Source: Octopus sinensis
Taxonomy: Eukaryota
DNA: 64,000 nt
Assembly (NCBI RefSeq): GCF_006345805.1
Contig: NC_043013.1
Span: forward strand, 8,556,001 to 8,620,000
Direction of reading: 5' to 3'
Shown here: in pieces, positions 1-12,957 of the stretch
Position numbering within the stretch: the first letter of the stretch is position 1
How the letters are laid out: each line of letters starts with the position of its first letter
Translations under genes and position numbers: made by a program
The notes under the pieces: generated by a model
What the model saw: the letters and a program-made list of their open reading frames with translations, nothing else
Databases searched by the model: none
What the model was told of the DNA's origin: nothing

Positions 1-715
1 CACTTGTTAACCGGGGAAAAACCATTCCTTATGCTGCTTCATATTGATGTACAGGCACCATTTTTCATTGCCAGTAATGATTCAGTAAAGACATCATTGC
101 TTGTGTCCATGAGTTGAGTGGTGACGGTCAAGCAAACCATCAGAGATTGTGGCCAGTTGATTTTTGTTGTTGTCACTTAAAGCATGCGGAACCCATGCTC
201 CATACTTCTGAACCTTTCCCATCAAGTGAAGATGCTTCTCTGTAGCAGTGTGGAAGCATTCCATTTTCTCTGCCAGTTCCCTTGTTGTTTGACAAGAATT
301 TTTATGCAAAAGTTGGTTTAATCGCTCTTCATCGAACTCAACTGGACGGCCAGAATGAAGTGCATCTTTGAGGTCAAAATTTCCATTTTTGAACTTGGCA
401 TACTGATTATGAGCGGTTCTTTCAGCTATGGCACCCTCTCCATACACAGCGCAAATGTCACGAGCAGCTTTTGTGACCTTGGAGCCTTGATTAAAAGCAA
501 AAAGATGTCAAAAATGCTTGTTTTTCTTAACTTGACATTCCATTTTAATGATCTGAAAATAAACAAAAATTAACTAAAATTAACTAGAAAAAAAAACAAA
601 ATAGATTCCAAAATGATTCAAAAATAGAATTCTTGGAAAAAATAGATTCCAAGATTTAAAAACGCAATAGATTCCAAAATTTTAAAAAACGGCGGGAACT
701 TAGTTGCCAACCCAA
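1..715 (-). mobile_element. Mariner (DD34D) transposon, 5' half, pseudogenised transposase; runs off window start
   Basis: TIR TTGGGTTGGCAACTAAGTTCCCGCCG ending at 715, with TA at 716-717. ATG at 543. Translation MECQVKKNKHF*HLFAFNQG..AARDICAVYGEGAIAERTA..FKNGNFDLKD..SGRP..WVPHALS..IITGNEKW contains the WVPHEL and TGDEKW motifs. In-frame TGA at 508, 94 and 82. Confidence 0.93.
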
Positions 716-1264
716 TACCTAATACTCCTAAGAGAGGACATCCATTTTTGATCTCTTTGTATTGACTTTTTACCAAATTTTCTCTTGTTTCTGAATATGT
801 TTCCACCAATTATTGTTAGTTGTCTTCGACAAAGACTTCATTCTGTTTTATGTATCACGAATCTTCTGTTTCCACATCTACCAAGATATTCTTACTAAGA
901 AACATCAGGAGAATACCATAGAAATGACCTTGTCTGTGAGTCTGATCTGGACAAATCTGGAATATTCTCCAAAATGTCAAATGTTGCTTTCTCATTCAAT
1001 TCAGCCTCATTGATTTTGAAGTATTTTGGAAAAAAATATCTTAAAATTTCCAATCTTCTAAATATTTCTTCATTTTGAAACTATTTGATAATTAATTTGG
1101 TCAGTTTCGTTTAATTTTATGCAATGCAAAATAATATTTATAAAAGAAAAAAAAAGAATGTGTTGTAGATTTTTAAAAATGTTTTCTCTTTCTTCGTTTA
1201 AGATTTTCTATTTGATATTTGAACTAATTCTTATGTATTTGATATGTGAACTGCTTTCTATCTA

Positions 1265-1453
1265 CAGAGTCTGCCAAAAGAATGTATACACACTTCAGGA
1301 AAGGAAAACTCTGTGTAAATATTTAACTTGTATAAGTACCTCTATAAATATAGATACTTATTTCGATGTTGTATCAAATTGCAATAACACTGAAAATTTT
1401 TATACAGATTTTTCCATTGCTAAAGTCTATGTACATTGCTTTGGCAGGCTCTG
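1265..1453. mobile_element. Tc1/mariner-type MITE
   Basis: Imperfect ~31-bp TIRs (CAGAGTCTGCCAAAAGAATGTATACACACTT vs reverse complement CAGAGCCTGCCAAAGCAATGTACATAGACTT), flanked by TA at 1263-1264 and 1454-1455. Confidence 0.8.
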
Positions 1454-1544
1454 TAATTGTTAACTAAAGCTAGGCATAAGTGAATGTCTGCTCCTGAAAC
1501 TATATAATCACTGTAGTGATATATGAATTCATTCCCTGATATCT

Positions 1545-1760
1545 TGTATCTTTTATTGGTTTGTCATTAGACTGTGGCCATGCTGGGGCACCACCTTGAA
1601 GAATTTTTAGTCAAATGAATCGACTCCAGTACATATTTTTTCAAGCCTGGTACTTATTCTATCAGTCTGTTAGGCCAAACTGCTAAGTTACGGGGACACA
1701 AACACACCAACGTCAGTTGTCAAGTGGTGGTGTGAGGCAAACACAGACACAAAGACACAT

Positions 1761-1797
<37 letters not shown>

Positions 1798-2393
1798 ATA
1801 GGCTTCTTACAGTTTCTTATTTCTTTATTGCCCACAAGAGGCTAAACATAGAGGGGACAAACAAGGACAGACAAACAGATTAAGTCCATTATATCGACCC
1901 CAGTGCGTAACTGGTACTTATTTAATTGACCCCGAAAGGATGAAAGGCAAAGTCGAGCTCGGCAGAATTTGAACTCAGAACGTAGCGGCAGATGAAATAC
2001 CTATTTCTTTACTACCCACAAGGAGCTAAACACAGAGAGGACAAGCAAGGACAGATAAATGGATTAAGTCGGTTATATCGACCCCAGTGCATAACTGGTA
2101 CTTATTTAATCGACCCCGAAAAAATGAAAGGCAAAGTCGACCTCAGCGGAATTTGAACTCAGAACGTAGTGGCAGACAAAATACCGCTGAGCATTTTGCC
2201 CAGCGTGCTAATGATTCTGCCAGCTCGCCACCTTACAGGCTTCTTACAGTTTCTGTCTACCAAATCCACTCACAAGGCTTTGGTTGGACCAAGGTTATAG
2301 TAGAAGACAAATGCTGAAGGTGCCATGCAGGGCAACTGAATCCAAAGCCAAGTGGTTGGGAAGCAAGCTTCTTACCACAAAGCCATGCCTACT
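1545..2393 (-). mobile_element. SINE family A with nested SINE-B dimer (1818-2236)
   Basis: Matches the family A consensus seen many times in the window. The nested insert is flanked by an 18-bp TSD AGGCTTCTTACAGTTTCT (1800-1817, 2237-2254). Confidence 0.85.
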
Positions 2394-2487
2394 CTTTTAT
2401 TTCCAATTTTTTAATTGAAATACACTGTCTTTGTTTTGATTAATTTTGAAAATAATTAAGAATTTAATAAAATAATCTCGTTATTGG

Positions 2488-3295
2488 TGAGCTGGTAGAA
2501 TCATTAGCATGCTGGACACAATGTTTAGCAGCATTTCATCCATCTTAATGTTTTGAGTTCAAACTCTTCAGAACTCAACTTTGCCTTTCATCCTTTTGGG
2601 ATTGATGAAATAAGTACCAGTTGAGCATTGAGGGCCACTGAAGTTGACTAGCTCCTTATTTCTTTACTGACCACAAGGAGCTATACACAGAGGGGACAAA
2701 TAAAGACAGACAAACGGATTAAGTTGATTACATCGACCCCAGTGCGTAACTGGTACTTAATTTATCGACCCCGAAAGGATGAAAGGCAAAGTCAACCTCG
2801 GCAGAATTTGAATTCAGAGTGTAGTGTCAGACGAAATACCTATTTCTCTACTACCCACAAGGGGCCAAACATAGAGGGGACAAACAAGGACAGACATAAG
2901 TATTAAGTCGATTATATCGACCCCAGTGTGTAATTGGTACTTAATTTATCGACCCCCGAAAGGATGAAAAGCAAAGTCAACCTCGGCAGAATTTGAACTC
3001 AGAATGTGGCAGCAGACGAAATACCTATTTCTTTACTACCCACAAGGGGCTAAACATAGAGGGGACAAACAAAGACAGACAAACGGATTAAGTCAATTAT
3101 ATCGAACCCAGTGCGTAACTGGTACTTATTTAATCGACCCCAAAAGGATGAAAGGCAAAGTCAACCTCGGCAGAATTTGAACTCAGAATGTAGCAGCAGA
3201 CGAAATACTGCTAAGCATTTCACCCGATGTGCTAACGTTTCTGCCAGCTCGCCGCCTTAGTTGACTAGCTCCTTCCCTGAAAATTTCAGGAGATT
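2488..3295. mobile_element. Old SINE-B copy (+) containing a SINE-B trimer (2658-3258, -)
   Basis: Nin/Deu-domain-like core GGTCGACTTTGCCTTTCATCCTTTCGGGGTCGATAAATTAAGTACCAG. The trimer is flanked by a 16-bp TSD AGTTGACTAGCTCCTT (2642-2657, 3259-3274). Confidence 0.85.
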
Positions 3296-3469
3296 ATTAA
3301 TCTTGTGCTTGGAACATAAATTAACATGAAATTTTGATGGAAAATTTTGATTTAGACTACTTTAACTCATTCGTAACCATATTCCTGTAAAAATACAATG
3401 CCTTGGTTTCAAATAATGAAGTCAGTTACAAAACTTTGCCATTTTTAAACAGTTGTTTGGAATATATAT

Positions 3470-4272
3470 TGGTTTCTATTTTTGGCACAAGGCCAGCAAT
3501 TTCATGGGAGAGTGTAAGTCAATTGACTCTAGTAATCAACTGGTGCTTATTTTGGCATGACTCCTGAAAGAACAACTGATACAACTCCTGAAAGAACAAA
3601 AGACAAAGTTGACCTTGATGGGACTTGAACTCAAAATGTTAAGACGGCTGAAATATCCTTTCTAGTAAAGGCACAAGGCCTGGAATTTTGGAGGAGGGGA
3701 CTAGTCAATTATATTGACCCCAGTGTTCAACGGGTACTTATTTTATCAACCCTAAAAGGATGAAAGGCAAAGTAAACTTCAACGGAATTTGAACACAGAA
3801 TGTAAAGATGGACAAAATACCACTAGGCATTTTGTCCAGAGTGCTTACAATTCTGCCAGCTAACCGCCTTATTTGGAATATAAATTGGTTTCAAATTTTG
3901 GCATAAGGCTGGCAATTTCGGGGAGGGGGCAAGTTAATGACCTTGACCCCCCAAATTACGCTGAGGTCGACTTTGCCTTTCATCCTTTCAGGGTCGATAA
4001 ATTAAGTACCAGTTACGCACTGGGGTCGATGTATTCGACTTAATACCTATGTCTGTCCTTGTTTGTCCCCTCTATGTTTAGCCCCTTGTGGGTAATAAAG
4101 AAATAGGTACTTATTCCATTGACACCAATGCCCAACTGGTACTCGTTTCATTGACTTCCAAATGGATGCAAAGGCAAAATCGACTTCAGCAGAATTTGAA
4201 CTCAGAATGTAAAGATAGATGAAATGCCACTAAGCATTTTGCCTGGCATGCTAACGGTTCTGCCAGCTTACC
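3470..4272. mobile_element. Cluster of decayed SINE-B copies
   Basis: Three degenerate minus-strand copies and one plus-strand fragment (~3957-4105) of the Nin-domain SINE. Confidence 0.75.
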
Positions 4273-4894
4273 AAATTCTTTAAAACATAAATTAACATGA
4301 AGCGTTAATGGGAGATTTTTAATTTAAATAACTTTAAAACAGGAAGCTTGTATCATTTGACCAAGGGTGGTCTCATGCGGATTTGTATCAAAATTATCGT
4401 GTTGATACAAAATCACATACAGCAAAATCTTGACCATTACATGCCTACTGAACCATAGTGGTTAATATAGTTGTGCAAGTCACTGATTAATTAAAATACA
4501 AAGCTAATTAATCTATTTACATTGCATATGTAGAGTGTCTGGCCATTTCAGTGGCTTGACTCAGTAAGAGAAAAAAATGTTTTTGTAATGTTTTATAAAA
4601 TGGTGCTCCTTTACAAGATAATTATACAATTTATATGTTACATCCAGCCAAGTTATTGATTTGGCAAGAATTCAAGCCAAAAGGAATACAAGAAACCAAA
4701 GATTAACTGAGTTAAATAAATGCCAAGTTTTCATTTTAAAACGTCCCCACACTAAATTTCGGTAAGTCAGTTGGAAAGTGTTTCTTGAAAATATATTTAA
4801 AGATTCTTCTAAAATTCTAAAATATTATTTTGTTCTGGTATTGCTTTGTTCATGCAGAATTGGTTCTGGACAACAACAGTAATTAACCTTTATA

Positions 4895-4905
4895 TGCACA
4901 CACAT

Positions 4906-4989
<84 letters not shown>

Positions 4990-5211
4990 GTTTGTGTTTG
5001 CTTCCCACCATTGCCTGACAACCGATGCTGGTATGCTTATGTCTCCATAACTTAGCAGTTCAGCAAAAAGTAGCTGATAGAATAAATATTAGGTTTACAA
5101 AAAATAAGTCCTGAGATAGATTTTTTCGCTTAAAAAAATCCTTTAAAGTGGTGCTCCAGCATGGCTGAAGTCAAATGACTGCAGCAAGTAAAAGAATAAA
5201 AGAATAAAAGA

Positions 5212-5212
<1 letters not shown>
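4895..5212 (+). repeat. (CA)n followed by 3' half of SINE A
   Basis: CA array, then ...GGTGCTCCAGCATGGCTGAAGTCAAATGACTGCAGCAAGTAAAAGA tail. Confidence 0.8.
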
Positions 5213-5246
<34 letters not shown>

Positions 5247-5256
5247 TATATATATA

Positions 5257-5553
5257 TAGGGTGTGGTGAAAAAATTGTTGTGTAAATTACGCAAAAATGA
5301 AAATAACACTTATCTCATTTTAACAGATATATTTACCAAAAATACATAAAAATAGAATAAAATGCTAAAGAGTAAATTTATTCAATAAAATCGCCATTGG
5401 CTTCAATCAGAGCCCCAGACGACTTTGGAATCTAGTGCAATACTTCTGGATGTTCTCCATGTTTAAGTTGGTGAATGCTGCCATAATTCTTGCCTTCAGT
5501 TCATCTTTGGTGTTACAAGGAGTTTTGTTGGTCTCTCACTCAACTGCACCCAC
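5257..5553 (-). mobile_element. Tc1/mariner-superfamily (maT/DD37D-like) transposon 3' end
   Basis: Minus strand encodes VGAVE*ETNKTPCNTKDELKARIMAAFTNLNMENIQKYCTRFQSRL/(frameshift)IEANGDFIE*, a typical maT C-terminus, with the stop at 5378-5380. TIR-like (C/T)AGGGTGTGGTGAAAAAATTG lies next to a TA array. Confidence 0.8.
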
Positions 5554-5930
5554 TCTTTGGATGATTTAAGTTGCTTTGGTAGTATTTCTTTCCACCAAAT
5601 AATGGATTAAAAAAGTATGGAAGACCCTACATGCAAAAAAACTATGTACATACAACAAATTAGAGAAAATCTTGTGTAAACCATTGTTTTCCCCAATTTG
5701 TCCATTTACGCAGGAGCTAGGGGCAAAATGTTAAAGTGCATAACCATCCTCAGGACATAAGTGTGTGTGTAAAGTTTGGTGAGAATCGGAAGAGAATTGT
5801 GGAAATGTATGTGTTAGTCGATACACACACACACATACTGTGATTTATATACACTAGACTAGCAAACATACCTGTCCTTTGAACGGTTTAAGTTGCTTTG
5901 GTGGTATTTTTTTCACCAAATAATTGAACT
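5554..5930 (-). mobile_element. Non-autonomous Helitron-like element, head-to-tail tandem junction
   Basis: Minus strand reads a subterminal hairpin remnant CCGTTCAAAGGACAGG..TTTGCTAG|TCTAGTGTATATAAA. TTTAAGTTGCTTTGGTRGTATTT is repeated at ~5565 and ~5887. Confidence 0.6.
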
Positions 5931-7499
5931 ACCAAGAAGGTTTATGAGTAGCACGGCAATCTATGTTTCCAATTAACCTAGGAATGGAAAACCAAATTGA
6001 AGGCTGGTTATTGTGGAGATCATTGCACTTTAATGATCAAAGAACATATAAGTTTGCAAGCGATGCAAAGTAGAGCTACTGAAGTGTTTTGGGAGTAGAT
6101 TACAGATAATGACTACAAAATGTAGTTGTTTTACATGAAAGTGAAATTTCTTGTCAGAAACAGCCACATAAATGGTGTAAGGAAATTGAAGGAAGACATT
6201 GAAAGTTCCCCTCTGAAAGTTTATTTTATTCAACAGCAAAGGAAGTTATTTTTTTAGAACGATAAGCTAACAAAAGCTCCTTTATTCTGTCTTCCTACAT
6301 AGCATGCACATAAACTAACAGCAAATGCTGCATAAAGTTAAATTGGTATGGAGCTTCCTGAAAGACATGTATAGCTTTCACTTGTGGAAGCAAAACTCTT
6401 GTTTAAAGGTTGATTCTTTGGGACGAGTCATATGTGAGTGTTTAAAAATGGCTAGAATGACAATCTAAGATGTAATATCAACAAATAGAAGACCAAGAAG
6501 GGAACATTCCATTTCGAGTAACTCAGAAAAGGTAAAGGTAAGCTTGCCAAACTTTAATGCCATTTAAAAATAGGGATTAAGATTGTTTGGTATTGGATAT
6601 TCATCATGTACAGTGTTCAAAGTCAATTTAATCACTGTCACAGGTAGAGAGATGAAATAAATAAATAGACAAAATTTGCACGGTTCTACGAAAGAGTTGT
6701 ACAAGCCCAAAGGATGTGGAAACAAGAAGTAAACTGAAACCCTTGTAGCAGTGGATTCGATCCCACACTTAGCCACATGGTAATCTCAATCCACAGTTCA
6801 GTCATAGTTTGAGCATATGCAACAATCAAGATTTTCTCCAATAAACAACTGTTGTTCACGTGATAGTTTGGTGGCCTAACTAGAACCTTCCATGAGCAGG
6901 GTCTACAAATACAGCCATATTGAGTGGCAAAATTCAGAGTGTTTTGGGTTGAGTTGTGTTACACTCTCCCAATAGCAGTTCTGACAGCTGCATATTCAAT
7001 CAAGGATAATCAAAGATGCATTATGGCACCTTAATATTTACTTGGTATATAAAGAAAATTAACCCCTGTGTTGAGTTGCTAACAGATACTTTCTCTTTGT
7101 GTCATATTACACTGTTTCATCCAAATGTTTCCATTAATTGTATTGCATGAACACCTTTCCTATTAATGTAACAAATACATTAAGTTCAAACACAATAAAA
7201 AGAGAACATGATACATCCTGTTACACCCTTATAGCCATGTCACCATTCGAGAAACTTTCTTTTGGTATAAAGTTACAAATCTGATTAAGTCTGGAAGAGT
7301 CAACAGTTTTAGTGAGACACAACCATATGTTACCAATCATTTCCAACAAAATCCATACAGTTCAATACGGCAAGCTTTAAAAGTGCTCTCTGTTTCACAC
7401 AGCTCTACCTTTCCCATGCTATTATATTCAAATATAATGGCATGGGAAGATTTCAATTATGGATAGTTTAGACATTAACTGACAATGGTAAACATACAA

Positions 7500-7620
7500 G
7501 ACTGACCATATGTGACCATTGTTTCAAAAACCAGTGGCTCAAACTGCGTTGGGAACATTTTGCTCAGTGATGAAGCTATATCTCATGTTAGGGGTACTGT
7601 CAACATGTCAAATATGTTGT
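7500..7620 (+). pseudogene. Highly decayed Tc1/mariner-superfamily transposase fragment
   Basis: NILLSDEAISHVRGTVNMSN from 7554 resembles the FSDEAHFHLxGxVN first-Asp motif. Confidence 0.4.
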
Positions 7621-7849
7621 TATAAAAAAACCCCTAACAAAATACCTTGATTGTTGCTTACAATCGGTGGGAAGTAATACAACACAGTATCCTTTTAGTC
7701 ACTAACTTTTAGTCCCTAACTTTTTGATGCCACTATATCAAAAGATAAATGAAATTTTTCATAATAGTTAGTTCTCACTGTGCTATGAGAGACACATAAG
7801 GCCACAATATGATCTCGATCTCTCTAATCTGCTCTGTTTTCTGCCACGT

Positions 7850-8856
7850 TTCTGGTTTCATTTCAGCTTCTTCAGCCTTCTCATCTCTTTTCCTTGTCAA
7901 TAGTCCTTCACCATGTAGCTTTAGGGCACCCTGCTGCCCTTTCTCCCTCAGACTGCCACTTTAGTGCCACCATACAATTGTTTTCTTGATCTTGTCTGAA
8001 GACATGTCAATCCACTTCCAGTGTCTGCATCACAGAAACTGCAACAGACTTCAGAATACCTTCAGCAAAATCTACTTTGTTACAAGCATTCAGGTTTTTG
8101 ACACCTTTAACACCATTGCTAGGCACCTCAGGGTTAGTTGTTTCTCTCAAAGCCATGTCGAACATGAGGTTGCAACATGATCTCTCCCACCATATCTGTT
8201 TTCTGTAACTGTTCTGGTGTCATTCCAGCTTTTCCACCCTTCTTGTTTCCTTCCTTTGTCAATGGTCCTTCGCCATGTGGTTTTAGGGCACCCTGTTGCT
8301 CTTTCCCCCTCAGGCTGTCACTGTGGTGCCATCATACAATCGCTTTCTTGACCTTATCTGAGGATGTGTCTGATCCAGTCCCAGGGTCAGCATCTTACTT
8401 CATCACTGATCCTATTGGTGCCTGTTGTCGACTCAACTGTGTCGTTTCAGAATCTTTGCAACTATTTATTGTCGAATATTTTCCTTAAACATGTAAATTT
8501 GAAGCTGAGGATCATTTTTTTTCTTTCCCCCCATTTTTGTCACTTTCCAGCTTTCACATCCATAGAGTAACACTGATTGTTAAGCTGGCAGAATTGTTAC
8601 CACGCTGGGGGAAATGCTTAGCGGTATTTCATCTGCCGCTACGTTCTGAGTTCAAATTCCACCGAGGTCGACTTTGCCTTTCATCCTTTCAAGGTCGATA
8701 AATTAAGTACCAGTTATGCACTGGGGTCGATGTAATCGACTTAATCCCTTTGTCCTTGTTTGTCCCTTCTGTGTTTAGCCCCTTGTGGGCAATAAAGAAA
8801 TAAGAGTAACACTGATCGTACCAATGTCTTGAACAGTTTCAGCTTTGTTGAGCTGA
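7850..8856 (-). mobile_element. Two tandem RTE-clade LINE 3' fragments; the right one is interrupted by SINE-B
   Basis: TKLKLFKTLVRSVLLYGCESWKVTK reads across the SINE. A WIGHVLR..MVALKW..GRPKTTWRRT-like segment is present twice (~7890-8040 and ~8245-8400). Confidence 0.85.
8578..8802 (+). mobile_element. SINE-B (Nin-domain) monomer
   Basis: 14-bp TSD AGAGTAACACTGAT (8564-8577, 8803-8816); B-box-like GAGTTCAAATTCC. Confidence 0.92.
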
Positions 8857-8889
8857 TTACAGACACAACAACAGATCAAAACCTACTCA

Positions 8890-9830
8890 TTTTCATAATA
8901 CCATACTTAATAATTAAAATAGTTGACAGAACTGCGAACGTGAAAATTAGTTTCATCATTGAATAAAGTATTCATACAGTGGTTTGTGTCTCTGAATATT
9001 GAAGTCAATGACGTGTTCACACATAACCGATTCTTGCATATTTATGATTGCCAATTAATTTCTGAGATATTCACAAATGAAAAGCATTTCTTGCTTCTGT
9101 ATTTCAAACACCTTTGAGTAGAAATGTATGCGATAGAGAGCTGTTGTAATGAACTGAGTAGATTCTGTTGAGAATGAATGGTAACAGATAGCTGTGTTTC
9201 TCTGAGGCTGTTTGGCCTTCCAGATTTTGGTAAGTCCTCAACTGTACCTGAACCTTTGGGTAAAAATATTCTCAAGCATTATTCTATAAGATGATGCAAC
9301 TCGATGTACAGAAATTACTTACTTACTTGTACTTGTGGCAACATTCACCCTGGGTGGGTTGAGTCGGCCTCTTCTACCACCCTCGAGGCATCTCGAACCA
9401 TGGCAGAAGTTTTGTGGGAATATGTGGATTTCTTAAGCAGTCCCCAACAATCCCGCATGTAGAGACATCCTGTTTGCTGCAGATTGTCCGCAGATGCAGG
9501 GACAGAATGACCGAGGAGCCGCCGGTTGCCGAAACAGACACTTCGAGGATTTTTACCAGAGTCCCGTCTACCGAGTTGTGGCCCTAATACCACTCGGTGT
9601 CAGACCAATCTGCCTTGGGTGGCCCTACCAGGAACCGAAGTTCCCGACGGCATAGCTCTGACACTACCCGTTGCCAGCGTCCCCACCATTGGTAGAAAAC
9701 AGATGGACAGATCTTTTGGCTACCAAGAAATCATGATCTTGGTTTTTGATTTTCTTCTTTTGGGTCTATCTTCGTGGTCAGCTCTGTGGAACTGCAATCA
9801 CAGACATTGAGTATTTAGAATGAAGAATCT
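8890..9830 (-). pseudogene. Decayed Tc1/mariner-superfamily (DD41D-like) transposase, split by an RTE-related insert
   Basis: SVIAV.. near 9800, GTVEDLPKSGRP (ORF 9042-9275) and LFNDETNFHVRSSVN near 8925-8970 are collinear with the HTH and first catalytic Asp. Confidence 0.6.
9315..9692 (-). mobile_element. Non-autonomous bipartite RTE-related element
   Basis: Minus strand carries an RTE 5'UTR-like AGAGCTATGCCGTCGGGAACTTCGGTTCCTGGTAGGGCCACCCAAGGCAGATTGGTC and an (AAGT)n tail; no RT ORF. Confidence 0.65.
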
Positions 9831-10039
9831 TAGAAGCAATGAAAATTTAGATCACAATGCTCTTGGCGAATTCGATTTTAGTTGTTGAGAACAAAAATGC
9901 TGATAATCTGCTGGACATTTTGAGCTGTTTGCAAAGTAAAATGGCATGGACTTTATTTAGACACTATACAACTTTTTATTTGTCTGTCTGCCTCTGTCTC
10001 ACTCTCTGCTTCTCTGCATATATGTATATATGTATATAT

Positions 10040-10057
10040 GAACACACACTCTCTCTC

Positions 10058-10107
<50 letters not shown>

Positions 10108-10297
10108 ACTCACACACGCTTAGCTGTTTGGCAAAAGAAACCAATAGAATAAGCACCAAACAATAAAAATAATACATACATACATACATACATGCTTAAA
10201 CACCAAGAATGCATACACACATACACATACACTGTAAACTCATATATACATATGTGCATACATACATGTACACATACACATATATATTCGCACACGC

Positions 10298-10329
<32 letters not shown>

Positions 10330-10458
10330 CATGCATATATACATGCATACATGTATGCATACACACACACACACATATATATATATATGCACGCATGCCT
10401 ACATACATACACATACATGCATACAGGTATGCTCGTACAGACATAAACGTACACACAT

Positions 10459-10505
<47 letters not shown>

Positions 10506-10566
10506 GTATATAATTGCATAACATAGATAATCACATATATACACCTATATGAACACACATATGTAA

Positions 10567-10612
<46 letters not shown>
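10040..10612. repeat. Compound microsatellites (CT)n, (TACA)n, (CA)n, (TA)n
   Basis: Direct inspection. Confidence 0.95.
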
Positions 10613-10615
<3 letters not shown>

Positions 10616-10839
10616 TTAGAGATAAAACCACCATTAGGCAAATGAAACAGTGAAAAACATAAGCCAATACATAGAAAAAAATTAATTAAAAAATATATAA
10701 AAAATATAAAATATAAAATATAAAAATCCAATTAAAATATTTAAATTAAAGTTAAAATTTTAAAAAATTATTTAAATTAATAATTTAAACTTACAAATTT
10801 AAAATATATATCTATAAATATATATTTATATGTGACCTC

Positions 10840-11035
10840 GTGAGGACTACCTGCAATTTTTTTTTCCTCTGTCCTCCCGTCTCGGGATCTTTCTTTCTCC
10901 TATGTTTCCGACGAAGAGCTCCGCTTGAAACATCATACCCACCTTCTTCCATTTTCCTGAGCGCCTAATAATAATAATACTGTAATTGTTCCACGTGTTG
11001 TTGTTTTTTCTGTTTTCCCGTTTGGATTAACCTTA
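10840..11035 (+). mobile_element. Solo PLE terminus with decayed HHR (10904-10938)
   Basis: Homologous to 61033-61205. GTTT-CCGACGA-A-GAGC-TCC-GCTT-GAAA-CATC. Confidence 0.65.
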
Positions 11036-11094
11036 TATATATATTTATTATTATTTTATTTATTTATTTATTTATTTATTTTTTTAAAAAACTA

Positions 11095-11759
11095 TCATAC
11101 ATACATACGTACGTACATACATACATACATACATACATACATACATACACACATACATACACACTGGCTATATCGATATATGAATATGCCTTCACCAAGG
11201 TGCACAACTGTTCAATTGGCTAACAGATTCTAAAAATAGATGGTTATTTATAGCCAAAATTTAATTGGATTTGTTTAAAATACATTCATATACGCACACA
11301 CATTCCCACGCACAAGCATACACACGTATATATATTCTATGCTGCTCTGCTGTTTTGTTCCTGCAAATACTACATATATATATACAAATGCATATATGCA
11401 TATACATACATGCATACATACATACATACATACATACATACATACATACATACATACATACATACACACACACATACATTCATACATACATACATACATA
11501 CATAGATATATACATACATACATACATACATCCATAGATACATACATACATACACATACATACATACATACATACATACATAGATATATATACATACATA
11601 CATACATCCATAGATACATACATATATACATACATACATACTACATACATACATACATACATACATAGACATACATACATACATACATACATACATCCAT
11701 AGATACATACATACATACATACATCCATAGATACATACATACATACATACATCCATAGA

Positions 11760-11795
<36 letters not shown>

Positions 11796-11832
11796 CATAC
11801 ATACATGTATGTATATGTTTATATGTATGTAT
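11095..11832. repeat. (TACA)n-rich arrays
   Basis: Direct inspection. Confidence 0.95.
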
Positions 11833-11837
11833 AAATA

Positions 11838-12077
11838 TCTTTTATCATTTACCTGTTTCAATTATTAGATTGTGGCCATGCTGGGGTACCGCCTTGAAGT
11901 ATTTCGGTCAAATGAATTGACCCTAATAATTTTTTTCTTTTCAAAGCCCGGAACTTATTCTATCAGTCTGTTTTGCCGAACTGCTAAGTTACAGGGATGT
12001 AAACACACCAACACCAGTTGGTGTTGGTGGTAGCGGGGGACAATCCCAAGCAGACACATGCACATACATGTGCACAC

Positions 12078-12108
<31 letters not shown>

Positions 12109-12882
12109 TACACACACACACACATATATTGGTCAATAGTTCATATATCTGAAAAAGAAGCAGACTCTAATACAATAAAGCAGTAATATATTTAAAAGGT
12201 CATTTATTATGGCTGGTCAGAGAGTGACCATTAGTTTTGCACCTATAAAGCACGCAGCTGTATAGGCATAGCACGAATTTATATTAGTTTCCACGTTTGT
12301 TTCACCATAGAGGTTATTTGTAACTTCGCACTAGATGTCCCAAATACAGGTCGATGCTCAACTGTCAACGGTCGCAATTGCAAATTTAATTTTTACGCGC
12401 GCACACAGACACAATATATATATATATATTCATTTTCATTTACGATTTACTTGTTTATGATTGCAGCCGTGCTGGAGCACCGCCCTGAAGGTTTTTTTTC
12501 AGTTGAAGAAATCAACCCAAGGACTTACTCTTCGTAAGCCAAGTACTTAATTCTGTTGATCTCTTTTGCTGAACCATTATGTTACAGGGATGTAAACACA
12601 CCAACATCAGTTGCCAAGTAATGGTGGGTAGACAAACACAGACACAAAGACACATATTCAGATAAATATATATAAATATATGCATATATATCTATCTAGA
12701 TATATGTATATATATATATGTATACACACACACACATATATATATATATATATGTATATATACGATGGGCTTCTTTCAGTTTCCATCTACCAAATCCATT
12801 CATAAGGCTTTTGCTGGCCTGCTGATATAGTAGAAGACACTTGCTCAAGGTGCAATGCAGTGAAGCTGAACCCACAACCATG
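11838..12882 (-). mobile_element. Two SINE A copies (11838-~12060 partial; ~12430-12882)
   Basis: Family A tail and body motifs, separated by ~270 bp of unassigned sequence. Confidence 0.75.
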
Positions 12883-12950
<68 letters not shown>

Positions 12951-12957
12951 GTATATA

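Noticed and set aside
5930-7480. Host exons or 3'UTR in unique-looking sequence
   Set aside because: No long ORF, recognisable motif or supportable splice structure; RNA-seq would be needed.
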